Part shown: piece after piece, positions 38,900-51,630 of the stretch
Position numbering within the stretch: the first letter of the stretch is position 1
How the letters are laid out: each line of letters begins with the position of its first letter
DNA from: Mobula hypostoma
Taxonomy: Eukaryota
Reading direction: 5' to 3'
Length of the DNA stretch: 64,000 nt
Assembly (NCBI RefSeq): GCF_963921235.1
Contig: NC_086097.1
Span: 164,240,001-164,304,000, forward strand
The notes under the pieces: generated by a model
Seen by the model: the letters and a program-made list of their open reading frames with translations, nothing else
What the model was told of the DNA's origin: nothing
Databases searched by the model: none
Position numbers and translations under genes: made by a program

Positions 38900-41800
38900 A
38901 TTGTAGCAGTATACCACCCCAGAGTGCAACATGAGCTTTTGGGAGTGGTACAGCAGGGTAATGGGAACCAAGATGATAGAGCTGAGGATGAGCCGGCAGG
39001 TTTACAAGTAGATGATGTAATATGATTGTAAGGAAGGTCAAGCCAATGTTTGGGTGCAACTGCAGACAAAGCAAAGAGTTAAGTTGTTCCACAGAGGCAA
39101 AATTCATAAGGGTGAAGAATGAAGGACTGAAGGTGCTGTATTCGGAATAAGGTGGACGAACTCGTGGCACAATTGGAGATTGGTCGGTATGACGTTGTGG
39201 GCATCACTGAGTCATGACTGAAAGAAGGTCATAGTTAGGAGTTTAACATCAAAGGATATACTTTGTATCAAAAGGACAGACAGGAATGCAAGGGCTGTGG
39301 TGTGGCTCTGTTGGTAAGAGATGGAATTACATCTTTAGAAAGAGGTGGCATAGGGTCAGAGAATGTTGAATCTTTGTGGGTGGAGTTAAGAAACTGCAAG
39401 GGTAAAAAAAATTATGGGAATCATATATAGGCCTCCAAATAGTAGCCAAGATGTGGGTTGAGATTGCATAGGGAGCTGGAAAGGCCATGTAATGAGGGTA
39501 ATGTCACAATTGTAACGGGGAACTTCAGTATGCAAGGGGATTGGGAAAACCAAGTTGGTGTTGCATCACAAGAGAGGGGATTTGTTGGATGCCTACGAGA
39601 TGGCTTTTTAGAGCAACTTGAGCTTGAGCCTACTTGGGGAAAGTCTATCTTAGATTGGGTGTTGTGTAATAATCCAGATTTTATTAGTCAGTTTAACATA
39701 AAGGAACTCTTAGAGGCAGTGATCATAGTATGAGGGAATTCACACTGCAATTTGAGAGGGCGAAGCATAAGTCACGTGTATAAGTATCGCAATGGAATGA
39801 AGGGAATTTCAGAAGCATGAGGGAAGAGCTTGCTCAGTGGATTGGAGGGCACAGAAGGATACTGGTGGGGATAATGGCACAGCAGAGAGCGGAGCTGGGA
39901 ATAGTTCACAAGACGTACAAAAGAAGTTGTTCTCAAATGACAGGGCTAGGCAACCATGGCTGACAAGAACTACAGGACTACATAAAAGCCAAGGAAAGGG
40001 CATATAATTTAGCAAAAATGAGTGGGGAGTTGGATGATTGGGGAGCTTTTAAAATCCAACAGAAGGCAACTAAAAAAACGATAAGAAGGGAAAAGATTAA
40101 ATATGAGGACAAACTAGCTGATCATATAAAGCAGAATACTAAAAGATTTTTCAGTTATGTAGAGAATAAAAGGGAGGTGAGAGTTGGTATTTGACCATTA
40201 GAAATGATGCTGGTGAGGTAGTAATGGGGGGGACAAAAAAATGGTACATGAACTTAATAAGTACTTTGATTCAGTCTTTACTGTGGAAGACACTAGCTGT
40301 ATGCCAGAGGTCCATGAGTGTCAGGGAGTGAGTGAGTGGCATTGATATTGCAAAGGAAAAAGTACGAGGCAAAATGAAAGGTCTTAAGTTGGATCAGTCA
40401 CCTGGACCAGATGGATTACATCTCAGAGTCCTCAGAGAGGTTGCTGAAGAGATAACGGATGCATTGGTCATGATCTTTTAAGAATCACTTGATTCTGGCA
40501 TGGTCCTGGAGGATTGGAAGATTGTGAATGTCACTCCAGTCTTTAAGAAGGGAGGAAAGCAAAAGAAAGGAAATTACAGGCCAGTTAGCCTAACCTCAAT
40601 GGTTGGGAAAGTGTTGGAGTCCATTATTAAGGGTGAAGTTTCGGGGTACTTGGAGACTAATGACTTATGGTTTCTGTAAAGGGAATCTTTCCTAAGAAAT
40701 CTGTTGGAATTCTTCAAAGAAGTAACAAGCAGGGTGGATAAAGGAAAAGTAGTGGATGTCATCTATTTAGATTTTCAGAAGTCATTTGATAAAGTGCCTC
40801 ACACGAAGCTGCTTAACAAGATAAAATCCTATCATGTTACAGAAAATATACTGGTATGGATAGAGGAATGGCTGACAGGCAGGAGGCAGCAAGTGGGATT
40901 AAAGGGGGGGCTTTTCTGTTTGGCTTCCAGTGACTAGTAGTGTTCCACAGGGGTCAGTATTGGGACCGCTGCTTTTCACATTGATTGTCAATGGTTTAGA
41001 TAATGGAATTGATGGTTTTCTGGCAAAATTTCTGGCTGATTTGATAAGTTGAGGAGCAGGTAGTGCTGAGGGAGCAATGTGATTGAAGCAGGACTTAGCC
41101 AAACTGGAAGAATGGGCAATAAAGTGGCAGATGGAATGCAGTATTGGGAAATGTATGATAACGCATCTTGGTAAAAGGAACAATAGTGCAGACTGTTATC
41201 TATAAGGGGAGAAAATTCAAACATCAGAGACGCAAAGAGACTTAGGAGTCCCTGTGCAAGATTCCCAGAAGGTTAATTCACTGGTTGAGTCTGTGGTAAA
41301 GAAGGCAAATGCAATGTTAGCATTTGTTTCAAGGGAAATAGAATATGAAAACAAGGAGATAATGCTGAGGCTATATAAGACACTAGTCAGGCTGCACTTG
41401 AAGTATTGTCAACAGTTTGGGCCCATTTTCTCAGAAAGGATGTGTTGCCATTGGAGAGATTCCAGAGCAGGTTCATGAGGATGTTTTCGGGAACATATGA
41501 AGAGCGTTTGGCAGCTTTGAGCTTGTACTCACCGGAATTTAGAAGAATGCGAGGGTATCTTATTGAAGCTTGCCGAATGTTGAAAGGACGAGGTAGGGTG
41601 GATATGGAGAGGATGTTTCCTATGGTGGGGGTATCCAGAACTAGAGGGCACAGCCTCAAAATTGAGGGGTGACCTTTTAGAACAGAAGTAAGAAGGAACT
41701 TTTTCAGCCAAAGAGTGCTGAACCTGTGGAATGCTCTGGCACAGACTGTGGTGAAGGTCAAGTCCTTGGGTATATTCAAAGTGGAAGGTGGTAGATTACT

Positions 41801-41940
41801 GATTGATTGCAGCATTAAGGGATATGATGAGAGGGCAGAAGTATGGGGTTGAGTGGGATCCGGGATCAGTCATGATGAAATGGCAGGGTGAAATTGATGG
41901 GCTGATGGCCTAATTCTGCTCCTATATCTTGTGGTCTCAT
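38900..41940 (+). mobile_element. Old CR1 LINE, ORF2 plus 3' UTR, heavily mutated
   Basis: YDVVGITES, ILDWVLCNNP, DKGKVVDVIYLDFQKSFDKVPH, LYKTLVRLHL; 3' UTR ggcctaattctgctcctatatctt. Confidence 0.88.
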
Positions 41941-42149
41941 GAGTTGCAGTGTAAGTTCTAACAGACTAGGCAAAACTAGATTCGGAGATGTTCTCAACAG
42001 CCTAGAGCCTACTGCCAGAGATCGCAGCCTTAGGATGTTGAATCTGCATCACAGTGACAGGGGAGAGACTGGAACAGGCTTGTGTAGTGCAATTATTTGC
42101 TCTGTAAGGCACAAGGTTCTGGAGTTCAACTCTTCCTGCTTTATTGCAG

Positions 42150-42385
42150 CACAGAGCATCATAGGAAGTCATTCCTGCCTGTGGCCATCAAACTTTACAA
42201 CTCCTCCCTTGGAAGGTCAGACACCCTGAGCCAATAGGCTGGTCCTGGACTTATTTCATAATTTACTGGCATAATTTACATATTACTATTTAACTATTTA
42301 TGGTTCTATTACAATTTATTATTTATGGTGCAACTGTAACGAAAACCAATTTCCCCCAGGATCAATAAAGTATGACTATGACTAT
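42150..42385 (+). mobile_element. Rex1-type LINE 3' end
   Basis: HRKSFLPVAIKLYNSSL, then caataaagtatgactatgactat tail. Confidence 0.75.
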
Positions 42386-42689
42386 TTGTTTCTCTAGTTT
42401 CCGAGTATTCTGTTTCTTCACTAAGTTGGTGTCAAACTATGGAATCTTTATCACTGAGAGCATTGAGAATCATATCATTAAATACTGTACAGTCAAATTC
42501 ATGGAGTAATACAGCACAGAAACAGACCCTTCGGCCCAACTCATTCATGCTGACCAAGATGCCCATCTCAGTTAGTACCATTTGCCTGCATTAGATCATA
42601 TCCTGTTAACCTCTCTAGCTAACTTAATAAAAAGACAGTAACCAGGTCAAAATTTACAAGTCTTACCAATTCAGATTCTGTAAGTTTGT

Positions 42690-44859
42690 AACAAAGAGAA
42701 AGAAGTCTTTTTGTTGTCATAATCTTGTCGCTACCACAACTTTTAAGGACTCTTTTAAAAGTGTTTCCAATTCTGTTAGGAAAATTATTTACACATCCCT
42801 TGAAACTGGAAGTTTTCCAGATGCCTTCAAAATGGTGACTGTCAAAACCCCTACTTAAAAAGCCAAAACGTGATAGAATAAATGTTGAATGTTCATTCAC
42901 TTCCATCGATACTGCCTGACCTGCAAAGTTCCTACAACATTTTGTGTGTGTTGATCTTGATAGTGAGGTACGAGCGAACTACAGGCCTGTATCAAATCTT
43001 CCTGGGCAAGGTTCTTGTGAAAATAATTTTCAACAACTTTCTGAATAAGAACAATATTCTAGAAAAGTTTCAGTTAGATTAGATTAGATTATGAGGACAC
43101 ACAGTCCTCTTTTATTGTCATTTAGTAATGCATGCATTAAGAAATGATACAGTATTCTTCCGGTGTGATATCACAGAAACACAGGACAGACCAAGACTGA
43201 AAAACTAACAAAAACCACATAATTATAACATATAGTTACAACAGTGCAACAATACCATAACTTGATGAAGACAGGTCATGGCACAGTAAAAAAGTTCAAA
43301 ATCTCTCGAAAGTCCCACATCTCATGCAGACGGGAGAAGGAAGAAAACTCTCCCTGCCGTGCCAGACCACAGTCCGACTCTGAGTCGTCCAAAAACTTCA
43401 AGCTCTGATCAGCCCTCCGACACCGAGTACCAAGCACCATCTCTGCCAAATGCTTTGACCCTAGCCTCGGTCACCAACAGCAGGCAAAGCCAGGGATTTT
43501 GGGGCCTTCCCTCCGGAGATTCTCGATCGCAGAGTAGCAGCGGCAGCGAACCGGGCATTTCAGAAATTTCTCCAGATGTTCCTCTGTGCCTTCTCACGTC
43601 TGTCTCCATCAAATCAGAATTGTGCACGGCATCCTACTTACAAATACGATATCGTTTCACCGGAGAGCTGTGCGCACTGCGTCGCGCCGCTATCGTCTCC
43701 TCCTGCCCTAATTTAAGAGTAAACCACAGTACAGAGACAGCCCTTACCAAAATCGTCAGCAACCTTAGGCTCAGCACTGATGCCAACAGAAGCTCAGTTC
43801 TAAATTTTCAAGATCTAAGTGCTGCCTTCCACACAGCCGACCACAACCTTGAGAACTGGGTCGTCCTCTCTGGTATTATTGGTTTTGCTTAGAGAGATTT
43901 TTTTTCTTGGAGACCAGTTTTCTAAGAGATTTAATGTAGCTTTTGGTGTTGCTCAGGAAAGCTGTGTTGGTCCCCTCCTCTTCTCCTTACACATGCTCCC
44001 CATAGAAGACATCATTGGAGAGCATAAACTTGATTTCCACAGTTATGTGGATGACACACAATTATACATCTCGATTGAGCCTGATGATAACACTCTATCT
44101 TCTCTAACTTCTGGTACGGTTGCAATAGACAAATGGATGAGCAATAATTTCCTAAAATTAAATGAAGATAAACTGAAATACTTTTGGTTAGTTTCAAAGC
44201 CAAAAGAGATAAACTTCTTGATAAACTTAGGAACTTGACCCCCTCCCCCTTGTAAAATCAGAAGTAACAAGCCTGGGTGTTATCCTTGACTCAGATTTGA
44301 ATTTTAAATCCCTCATAATGAAGGTGACCAGAGCAGTATTTCTACACTTAAGAAATATTGCATAGGTATGTTAGTTCTGTCACATAATGATGCTAAAAAA
44401 CTAATTCCCACCTTTATATCGAATAAACTAGATTACTGCAATGCACTTTTTTACTGAGATTACAAAGCAATCTGTTGACAAACTAATTCAGAACACTGCC
44501 ACTAGACTTCGAACTAAAACCAGGATTAGGGAGCATATGACTCTCATCCTAGCTATTCTACATTGGCTTTCTGTATCTTTCAAAATTGATTTAAAAATTC
44601 TCTTACTTGTCCTTAAAGATAGAGTACTGTATATCAGAGAATCACTTTCATTTTATAATCTTTCTCAAGCTCTCAAGTCCTCTACTGCCAGTCCCTTAGA
44701 TTTAAACAATCTCCCTCAAAAATTAATTTTTAGGTCAGCTTTTTTGAACTATGCTCCTAAACTGTGGAATTCAATGCCTAAAAATATAAGGTATGCAGAC
44801 TCAGTTGACACTTTTAAACACCAGCTCAAATCCTATTTATTTAATCTTGCTTTTAACTA
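42690..44859 (+). mobile_element. L2-clade LINE RT region, interrupted by insertions at ~42878-42955 and 43075-43707; 3' UTR resumes after 46165
   Basis: NYRPVSNL, RVNHSTETALTKI, DLSAAF, GVAQESCVGPLLF, FHSYVDDTQLY, YAPKLWNSMP..FKHQLKSYLFNLAFN*. Confidence 0.85.
43075..43707 (-). mobile_element. Young non-autonomous retroposon (CpG-rich LINE-like 5' end plus LINE tail) inserted in L2
   Basis: (aatct)n tail and aataaa on minus strand; 5' end gaggagacgatagcggcgcgacgcag; removing it restores L2 EKFQ|SNLRVNHST. Confidence 0.75.
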
Positions 44860-46152
44860 AGCAACACATGCAAAATGCTGGAGGAACACAACAGGCCAAG
44901 CAGCACCTATGGAAAAGCGTACAGCTGACGTTTCGAGCCGAGACCCTTCATCAGTGGTGGAGAAAATAAGCTGAGAAGTAGATTTAAAAGGTGGCGGGGG
45001 AGAGACAGAAACACAAGGTGATAGGTGAAACAGGGAGGGGAAGGAGTGAGGTAAGGAGCGAAGTAAGGAGCCAGGAAATTGATTGGTGAAAGAGATACAG
45101 GGCTGGAGAAGGGGGTATTGAGTAGAAGAGGACAGAAGGCCATGGAAGAAAGAAAAAGAGGGGAGGCGCACCAGAGGGGAGGCAAGGAGATAAGGTGAGA
45201 GAGGGAAAAGGGGATGGGGAATGGGGGAATGGTGCAGTGTGGGGGGGGTCATTACTGGAAGTTCAAGAAAACACGTTCATGCCATCAGTTGGAGGCTACC
45301 AAGGCGGAATGTAAGGTGCTGTTCCTCCAACCTGAGTATGGCCTCATCGTGACAGTGGAGGAGGCCATGGATTGACATATCGGAATGGGAATGGGACGTG
45401 GAATTAAAGTGGGTGGCCACTGGGAGATGCTGCTTCTTCGGGTGGACAAGAGCGTAGGTGCTCAGCAAAGTGGTCTGCCAAGCTACGTCGGGTCTCACCA
45501 ATATACAGGAAGCCACACCAAGAGCTCACAATCTACGCCGTGTCTCACCGATATACAGGAAGCCACAGCGATGAAGCCACACTCAGGTTGGAGGAAAAAC
45601 ACCTAATTTCCTAAAATTAAATGAAGATCAAATTGAAATACTTTTGGTTAGTTTCAAAGCCAAAAGAGATAAACTTCCATATATTCCATACGGGTAACCT
45701 TTAATCAGATGGCATGAACATCGATTTCTCAAATTTCTGGTAATGCCCATCCCTTCACCATTCTCCATCCCTTGCCCATCTCTTACTTTATATCCTTGCC
45801 TCCCCATCACCTCCCTCTGGTGCTCCTCCCCCTTTTTCTTTCTTCCATGGCCTTCTGTCCTCTCCTATTAGATTTCCCCCTTCTCCAGCCCTGTTTCCCT
45901 TTCACCAATCAACTTCCCAGCTCTTTACTTCACCCCTGCCCCTCACGGTTTCACCTGTCACCGTGTGTTTTTCCCTCCCCTCCCCCCACCTTTTAAACCT
46001 CATCTTTTTCTCTCCAGCCCTGCTGAACGGTCCCGGCCCAAAACGACGACTGCATTCTTTTCCATGGATGCTGCCTGGTCTGCTGAGTTCCTCCAGCAGT
46101 TTGTGTGTATTGCTTGGATTTCCAGCATCTACAGATTTTCTCTTGTTTGTAA
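44860..46152. mobile_element. Penelope-like element insertion with two inverted 3' arms
   Basis: Minus arm 44860-~45520 (GIY-YIG C-terminal part: VATHFNSTSHSHSDMSIHGL), plus arm ~45570-46152; TSD ttgcttttaacta (44847-44859) / ttgcttttaatta (46153-46165). Confidence 0.85.
44922..44958 (-). ncRNA. Minimal type I hammerhead ribozyme motif in PLE terminus (core intact, stem I degenerate)
   Basis: Minus strand CTGATGA-A-GGGTCTCGGCTC-GAAA-CG-TC: CUGANGA, stem II, GAAA, palindromic ACGT helix III, GUC cleavage triplet. Confidence 0.7.
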
Positions 46153-48054
46153 TTGCTTTTAATTAGCATCTTTTGGTATTTTATTTTCATGTTCATTTCT
46201 ATGTGTATTTTTAAGGCAAGAGAAAGGGGTTGAAAGGGAAAATAAACCGGCCATGATGGAATGGTGGAGCAAACTCGATGAGCTGAATGAAATGGCCCAA
46301 TTCTGTCCGATGTCTTATGGTCATTGTCCTAGACGTTGTGACATCCGCAAGACAATGAAGTTGTTAGTTTAATTAAACAGGGTGTCTGTAGCACTTAAAT
46401 ACTTCAATCACAGTTGTTGACTCTTCTCCTAGAACTGTAGGTTAAAGGGGGTGCAGTGCCTGACTACCAACAAAGGGTCAACAAAGAGTGCACAAAGGGT
46501 GAGAAAAGAAAGTTTTCAAGTAGGTAGAAAAAAGACTTTCCAAGAAATTACCTAGAGTAGAAAATGAAGAAGAAACCATGAAAGGAATCTCAGTAGCTTT
46601 TAAATCAAGTAAAATTTCAAGTTCCAGTTTATTGTCATGTACACACATTCCCAGGGTATAAATGCACGAAAATTTGTTTTTCTGCAGCAGCACAGTACAT
46701 TATCAGCTGCCTAACCCTAATGGGCATTTTGTTTCTGCACCATCGATTCTACAGGTGAATCATTAGGAGTACTCAAAAGATGCATTCTTACCCTACAAGT
46801 TTGCTCTGCTTCAAATGAAAATAAATCTTCATCTGAACATGCCTACTATAATTCCTTTGAAGGGTGTTAAAAGCTTTTAAAGCTCACTTGTCATATAGAC
46901 TTCTTTGTTGGCAAACATTGAGTACACATATCTGTACCGAATTCTCAGAAACCATCGACTCATTTTGAAGTTTTGCTGCCGGAAATTTGTGCACAACGAC
47001 CGGTAGTCGAAAGGACTGGTTCAAAGGCTCTTCAGTTTCAACATTCTGACAGACTGACGACTTCTACGCTCACTGTTCCTGTTATAAAAAGCTGACAAGT
47101 TGACACATGGTTTGAACCACCAGCTGTTAATACCCAAATGTGACAGTATTTTTGATGACATGCCCATTAGTCTGAGCTGGGTTGCAACACAGGACCCCGA
47201 GGTGAAAGTCACAACAAAGCACCATGTAACCTAGTTCTCTGATGCATGTTTATTAATTTCTCTTTGTACTGCTCAGAAGCTGTCCTTTTTCTGTTTGCAG
47301 CATGCAGATACCAGCATGTATTATGCATCCTCAATTGCCCCTAAATAGACGAGGCAATTCAAAGTCAATCACAAAGGTGCACATCTGACTTGCAACATTA
47401 GCATAAGCTTCAGAGCAAACAAAATTGCCCTTTATGCGATTATTTTATAAGTAATTTGCTTCTTGTAGCTATGGTGGCTAACAATGTTTGAAAGCTCTCC
47501 ATCCACTATTTAATAGAGACATTATTTATACATCTATTAGTCATGTTAACCAAAATGATTTCAATCAAATTTTCTCTTCAGGCAGCAGTAGTGGGAATTT
47601 GCAATACCTTGGGGATTGTTATCGAGAACTAGGGAAACAAATAATGCAGGCAGAGGTGAACATCTGTGCTTTATGTCTAAGACGGAAAATAGCCACACTA
47701 TATAAAGCCTGATCCGGTCAGTACCAGTTTGGTATTAGAGACCTCCCTCATACTGGTCCAAATTGGAGAGAACATTGAATAAAATCAAAAACTAAACAGA
47801 AGCGAATCAATGAGAGCTGAACATGTTACAATGCTTCACTTAATGCAAGAGCAATCGGACTGGTCCACTTCACCAACCATATGCACATCTCCTTTTAGAT
47901 TCTTTCAGAATTCAGAATTCAGAGTCAGGTTTATTACCACTGATATAGGTCAAGAAATCGTTGTTTTTGCAGCAGCAGTACAGTGCAATACATAAATATT
48001 ACTATAAATTACAATGAGAACATATAATAGATAGATAAATAGTGTAAAAGAGAG

Positions 48055-49143
48055 CACTCCATCCCCCGCCACCCCACTAGGAATAGGGTTCCCCCTTCTC
48101 CTCACCTACCACCCCACCAGCCTCTGGGTCCAACATATAATTCTCCGTAACTTCCGCCACCTCCAACGGGATCCTACCACTAAGCACATCTTTCCCGCCC
48201 CCCCCCCCCACTTTCTGCGGGGATTGCTCCCTACTTGACTTCCTTGTCCATTTGTATCCCCATCCCTCCCCACCAATCTCCCACCTGGCACTTATCCTTA
48301 TAAGCAGAACAACTGCTACACGTGCCCTTACACTTCCTCCCTCACTACCATTCAAGGGCCCAGACAGTCCTTCCAGGTGAGGCGACACTTCACCCGTGAG
48401 TCGGCTGGGTGATATACTGTGTCCAGTGCTCCCGATGCGGCCTTCTATATTTTGGCGAGACCTGACGCAGACTGGGAGATCATTTCGCTGAACACCTATG
48501 CTCTGTCCACCAGAGAAAACAGGATCTCCCAGTGGCCATACATTTTAATTCCACGTCCCATTCCCATTCTGATATGTCTATCCACGGCCTCCTCGACTGT
48601 AAAGATGAAGCCACACTCAGGTTGGAGGAACAACGCCTTATATTCCGTCTGGGTAGCCTCCAAACTGATGGCATGAACATTGACTTCTCAAACTTCCACT
48701 AATGCCCCACCTCCCCCTCGTACCCCATCCGTTATTTATTTATTTATATACATACATTCTTTTTCTCTCTCTCCTTTTTCTCTCTCTGTCCCTCTCACTA
48801 TACCCCTTTCCCATCCTCTGGGTTTCCCCCCCCTCCCCCTTTTCCTTCTCCCCAGGCCTCCTGTCCCATGATCCTCTCATATCCCTTTTGCCAATCACCT
48901 GTCCAGCTCTTGGCTCCATCCCTCCCCCTCCTGTCTTCTCCTATCATTTTGGATCTCCCTCTCCCCGTCCCACTTTCAAATCTCTTACTAGCTCTTCCTT
49001 CAGTTAGTCCTGACGAAGGGTCTCGGCCCAAAATGTCAACTGTACCTGTTCCTAGAGATGCTGCCTGGCCTGCTGCGTTCACCAGCAACTTTTATGTGTG
49101 TTGCTTGAAATTCCAGCACCTGCAGATTTCCTCGTGTTTGCGT
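48055..49143 (+). mobile_element. 5'-truncated Penelope-like element with 3' terminus, nested in a minus-strand LINE-tail repeat
   Basis: GIY-YIG remnants (IYC.QCSRCGL..GET..RLGDHFAEHL); terminus ..gcagatttcctcgtgtttgcgt; host repeat flanks resemble 53150-53395. Confidence 0.85.
49005..49042 (+). ncRNA. Hammerhead ribozyme motif in PLE terminus (decayed)
   Basis: tagtc-CTGACGA-a-gggtctcggccc-aAAA-tg-TC-aactg; GAAA, helix III and stem I hit by CpG-type transitions. Confidence 0.55.
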
Positions 49144-49221
49144 AAAATTCTGAGGTTTATGGATTTATGGACCGTTCAGAAATCTGATGGCGAAGGAGAA
49201 GAAGCTGTTCCTAAAACCCAG

Positions 49222-49653
49222 GTCATCCTTCCTTTCTGCTGCTGCCATCAGGAAGGAGGAACAGGAGACCCAGGACTCAAACCATGAGATTTAGGAAGAG
49301 TTATTACTCCTCATCCATCAGGCTCTTGAACCAGAAGGGATAACTTCACTCAACTTCACCCACTCCAATACTGAACTTTTCCCACAACCTACGAACTGAC
49401 TTTCAAGGACTCTTCATCTCAATTTCTTGATGTTTATTGCTTATCTATTTTTTTTTCTTTCTTTTTATATTTGCACAGTTTGTTGTCTTTTGCACATTAT
49501 TTGTTTGCCCATCATGTGCGTGGTTTTTCATTGATTCTATTGTGTTTCTTTGCATTTACTATGAATGCCCAAATGAAAATGAATCTCAGTTTTGTTAATG
49601 GTGATATATATGTACTTTGATAATAAATTTACTTTGAACCTTGAACTTTGAAC
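49222..49653 (+). mobile_element. Rex1-type LINE 3' end
   Basis: LLPSGRR..RFRKSYYSSSIRLLN; tail aataaatttactttgaaccttgaactttgaac. Confidence 0.7.
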
Positions 49654-49792
49654 AAAGGCAAAATGGAGCACTTCAACCTGGACTCAAACTGGTGCCCAGA
49701 CTCTTCATTACCACCCCTGATGTCTAAAACTCTCTCTCATCCCCGAATCCAAACCCTAACCTGACCCCTAACTTCCCTCTCTGCCCCAAACT

Positions 49793-50365
49793 ACATCGAC
49801 TCAGGCCTAGGGGGCCGGTGTTGGGCACGATGACGGACTCTCCACTTCTCCCTCTCCCTCATCAGTTGTTCAGTTCATCTACATTACCCGTGCCGCTGTC
49901 TGCTAGGAGCGTGTTGACCATAGTCTTGGGAGGGCGCCCAGGGTTCATCCTCCCATGCTTGGGCTCCCATATGATGACTAGGCTGGCAGGTAGCTTGGGG
50001 TGGCATAGACAGTGCCCCGCTAGTTGCAGTCTTCTCGCCTCGATTTTAGTGGTGAGCATCTGTAGGTCATTATAGAGCACAACGTTTGTCATGTGCTGTG
50101 GCCAACTCACGTCAAGAGCCGTCCGGAGCATTCGTGTATATCAACCATCTAGAGACTTTCACATAGTCTTGGTGAGTATCCACGTCCCGCATCTGTACGT
50201 GAGAATGGACTCTATGCCTGCCATGAAAATCCTCTTTTGAAGCCCTCTGGTCAGGTGCAACTTCCAGATTTCCTTCATGTCGTTCATAGCCCTCCACGCC
50301 AGCGCCTTGCATATTTTTATGTCCTTCTCCGAATTCATCATTCTTGACCCGAGGTACTTACAGTC
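49793..50365 (-). mobile_element. RTE-clade LINE 3' fragment
   Basis: CKYLGS..EKDIKICKALAW, IESILTY, MLRTALDVSW..RRLQLAGHC..WEPKHG..GRP. Confidence 0.8.
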
Positions 50366-51477
50366 AAAACCATTCCTAAAATCCCAACGTAAAGAACTAA
50401 ATCTGTGCCATGGCATCGATGGACATCACAGCTCAAATACTCAGCTTGATTATGGGTCTTCATGCTCTTGTACATGCTCCTTGATGTCAGTCATGAGAAG
50501 GGGGCAGAGGTCAGGGATGATGAGGGTCTTTAATGGTAAATGTTTATTTTGCCATTAGTTTCCATCTATGCCCCTCGTTTGCTAATCCTTCCACAAATGG
50601 AAGGCGTTTCTCTCTATTTCTAACTCTTTATGGCTTTAAGCACCTTTATCAAATCCTTTTTCAGCTCTGGAGGAATGTCCATTTCCCTCCACAGTTGTTG
50701 CCTAGGCTGCTGAGTTCTAGCAACATCTTGTTTTTCATTCTTTTGTTCCAAGGGAAACAATCCCAGTTTTTCTAGTCCATCCACATTTTTAAAGCCCTTA
50801 ATCCCCGGAATCATCACTGCTGCATTCTTTTCAAAGCATTTACATCTTTCCCAAGAAAGTTGCCTAGAAATGGACTCAACTTCCTGGGTGTGGCTAAGCC
50901 TGTGTTTTACAAAGGTTCATCCGGACGTTCCTGCTCTTCTACTCTCTGCCTAGAGACCAATGTTCCATACTTTTGTTTTAACCACTTTCTCAAACTATTT
51001 TGCCAATTGCTACAGGCTAGGTTCATATATTTGCCTGACACTCCCCCAATCTACCTCTTGATAGTATTGGTCTGGTACACCTTTGAACAGCTTGTGTTCC
51101 AGAGAGATCATTGTAAGATAAAATGTGATGGGTTGTGCTTTTCTTCATTAGTACAGGCTCATAGTATTTAATCTCAGCATCAGTTTACTCAAAATTCAAA
51201 ATTGGATAAAGTCAATCGATCATTGCTAAAATGCAGTTGGTAAGTTAATTGGCAAATATAAATTGCTCTATTGTGTAGATGAATGGTAGAATCTGGCTTG
51301 AGTTAATGAGAATGTGGGCAGAATAAAACATGAGAGTAATGTATGGTAAATGAATGGTTGATAGTTAATACATTCTCAGTGGCCACAAGGGCTGCTTCTG
51401 TATTGTATTTATTATGAATCTATGTGTCTGTTAACATACTTCTGGTTTCACATAGATGAAATCCATCTTCGAAACTA

Positions 51478-51630
51478 GTAGCAAGCAATCTGCTGGAGGA
51501 ACTCAGTAGGCTGAGTAGCATCTGTGGGAGGAAAGAAAATGCTTCAGGTCGAAAACCCGCATCAGGATGGATCTCCTCCAGTAAATTGTTTGTTGCTCCA
51601 GATTCCAGCATATGCAATCTCTTGTGTCTC
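51478..51630. mobile_element. PLE-terminus-derived palindromic micro-element
   Basis: agcaagcaatctgctggagga versus tcctccagtaaattgtttgttgct inverted; right arm carries the extra ~30-nt terminus. Confidence 0.6.

Noticed and set aside
43359..43892. 177-aa + strand ORF
   Set aside because: Chance read-through from the antisense of an inserted retroposon into L2 RT sequence
49751..49772. ccctaa motifs (also ~14035-14052), telomere-like
   Set aside because: Only 2-3 imperfect units, the 14035 set being part of a SINE; not an interstitial telomeric array
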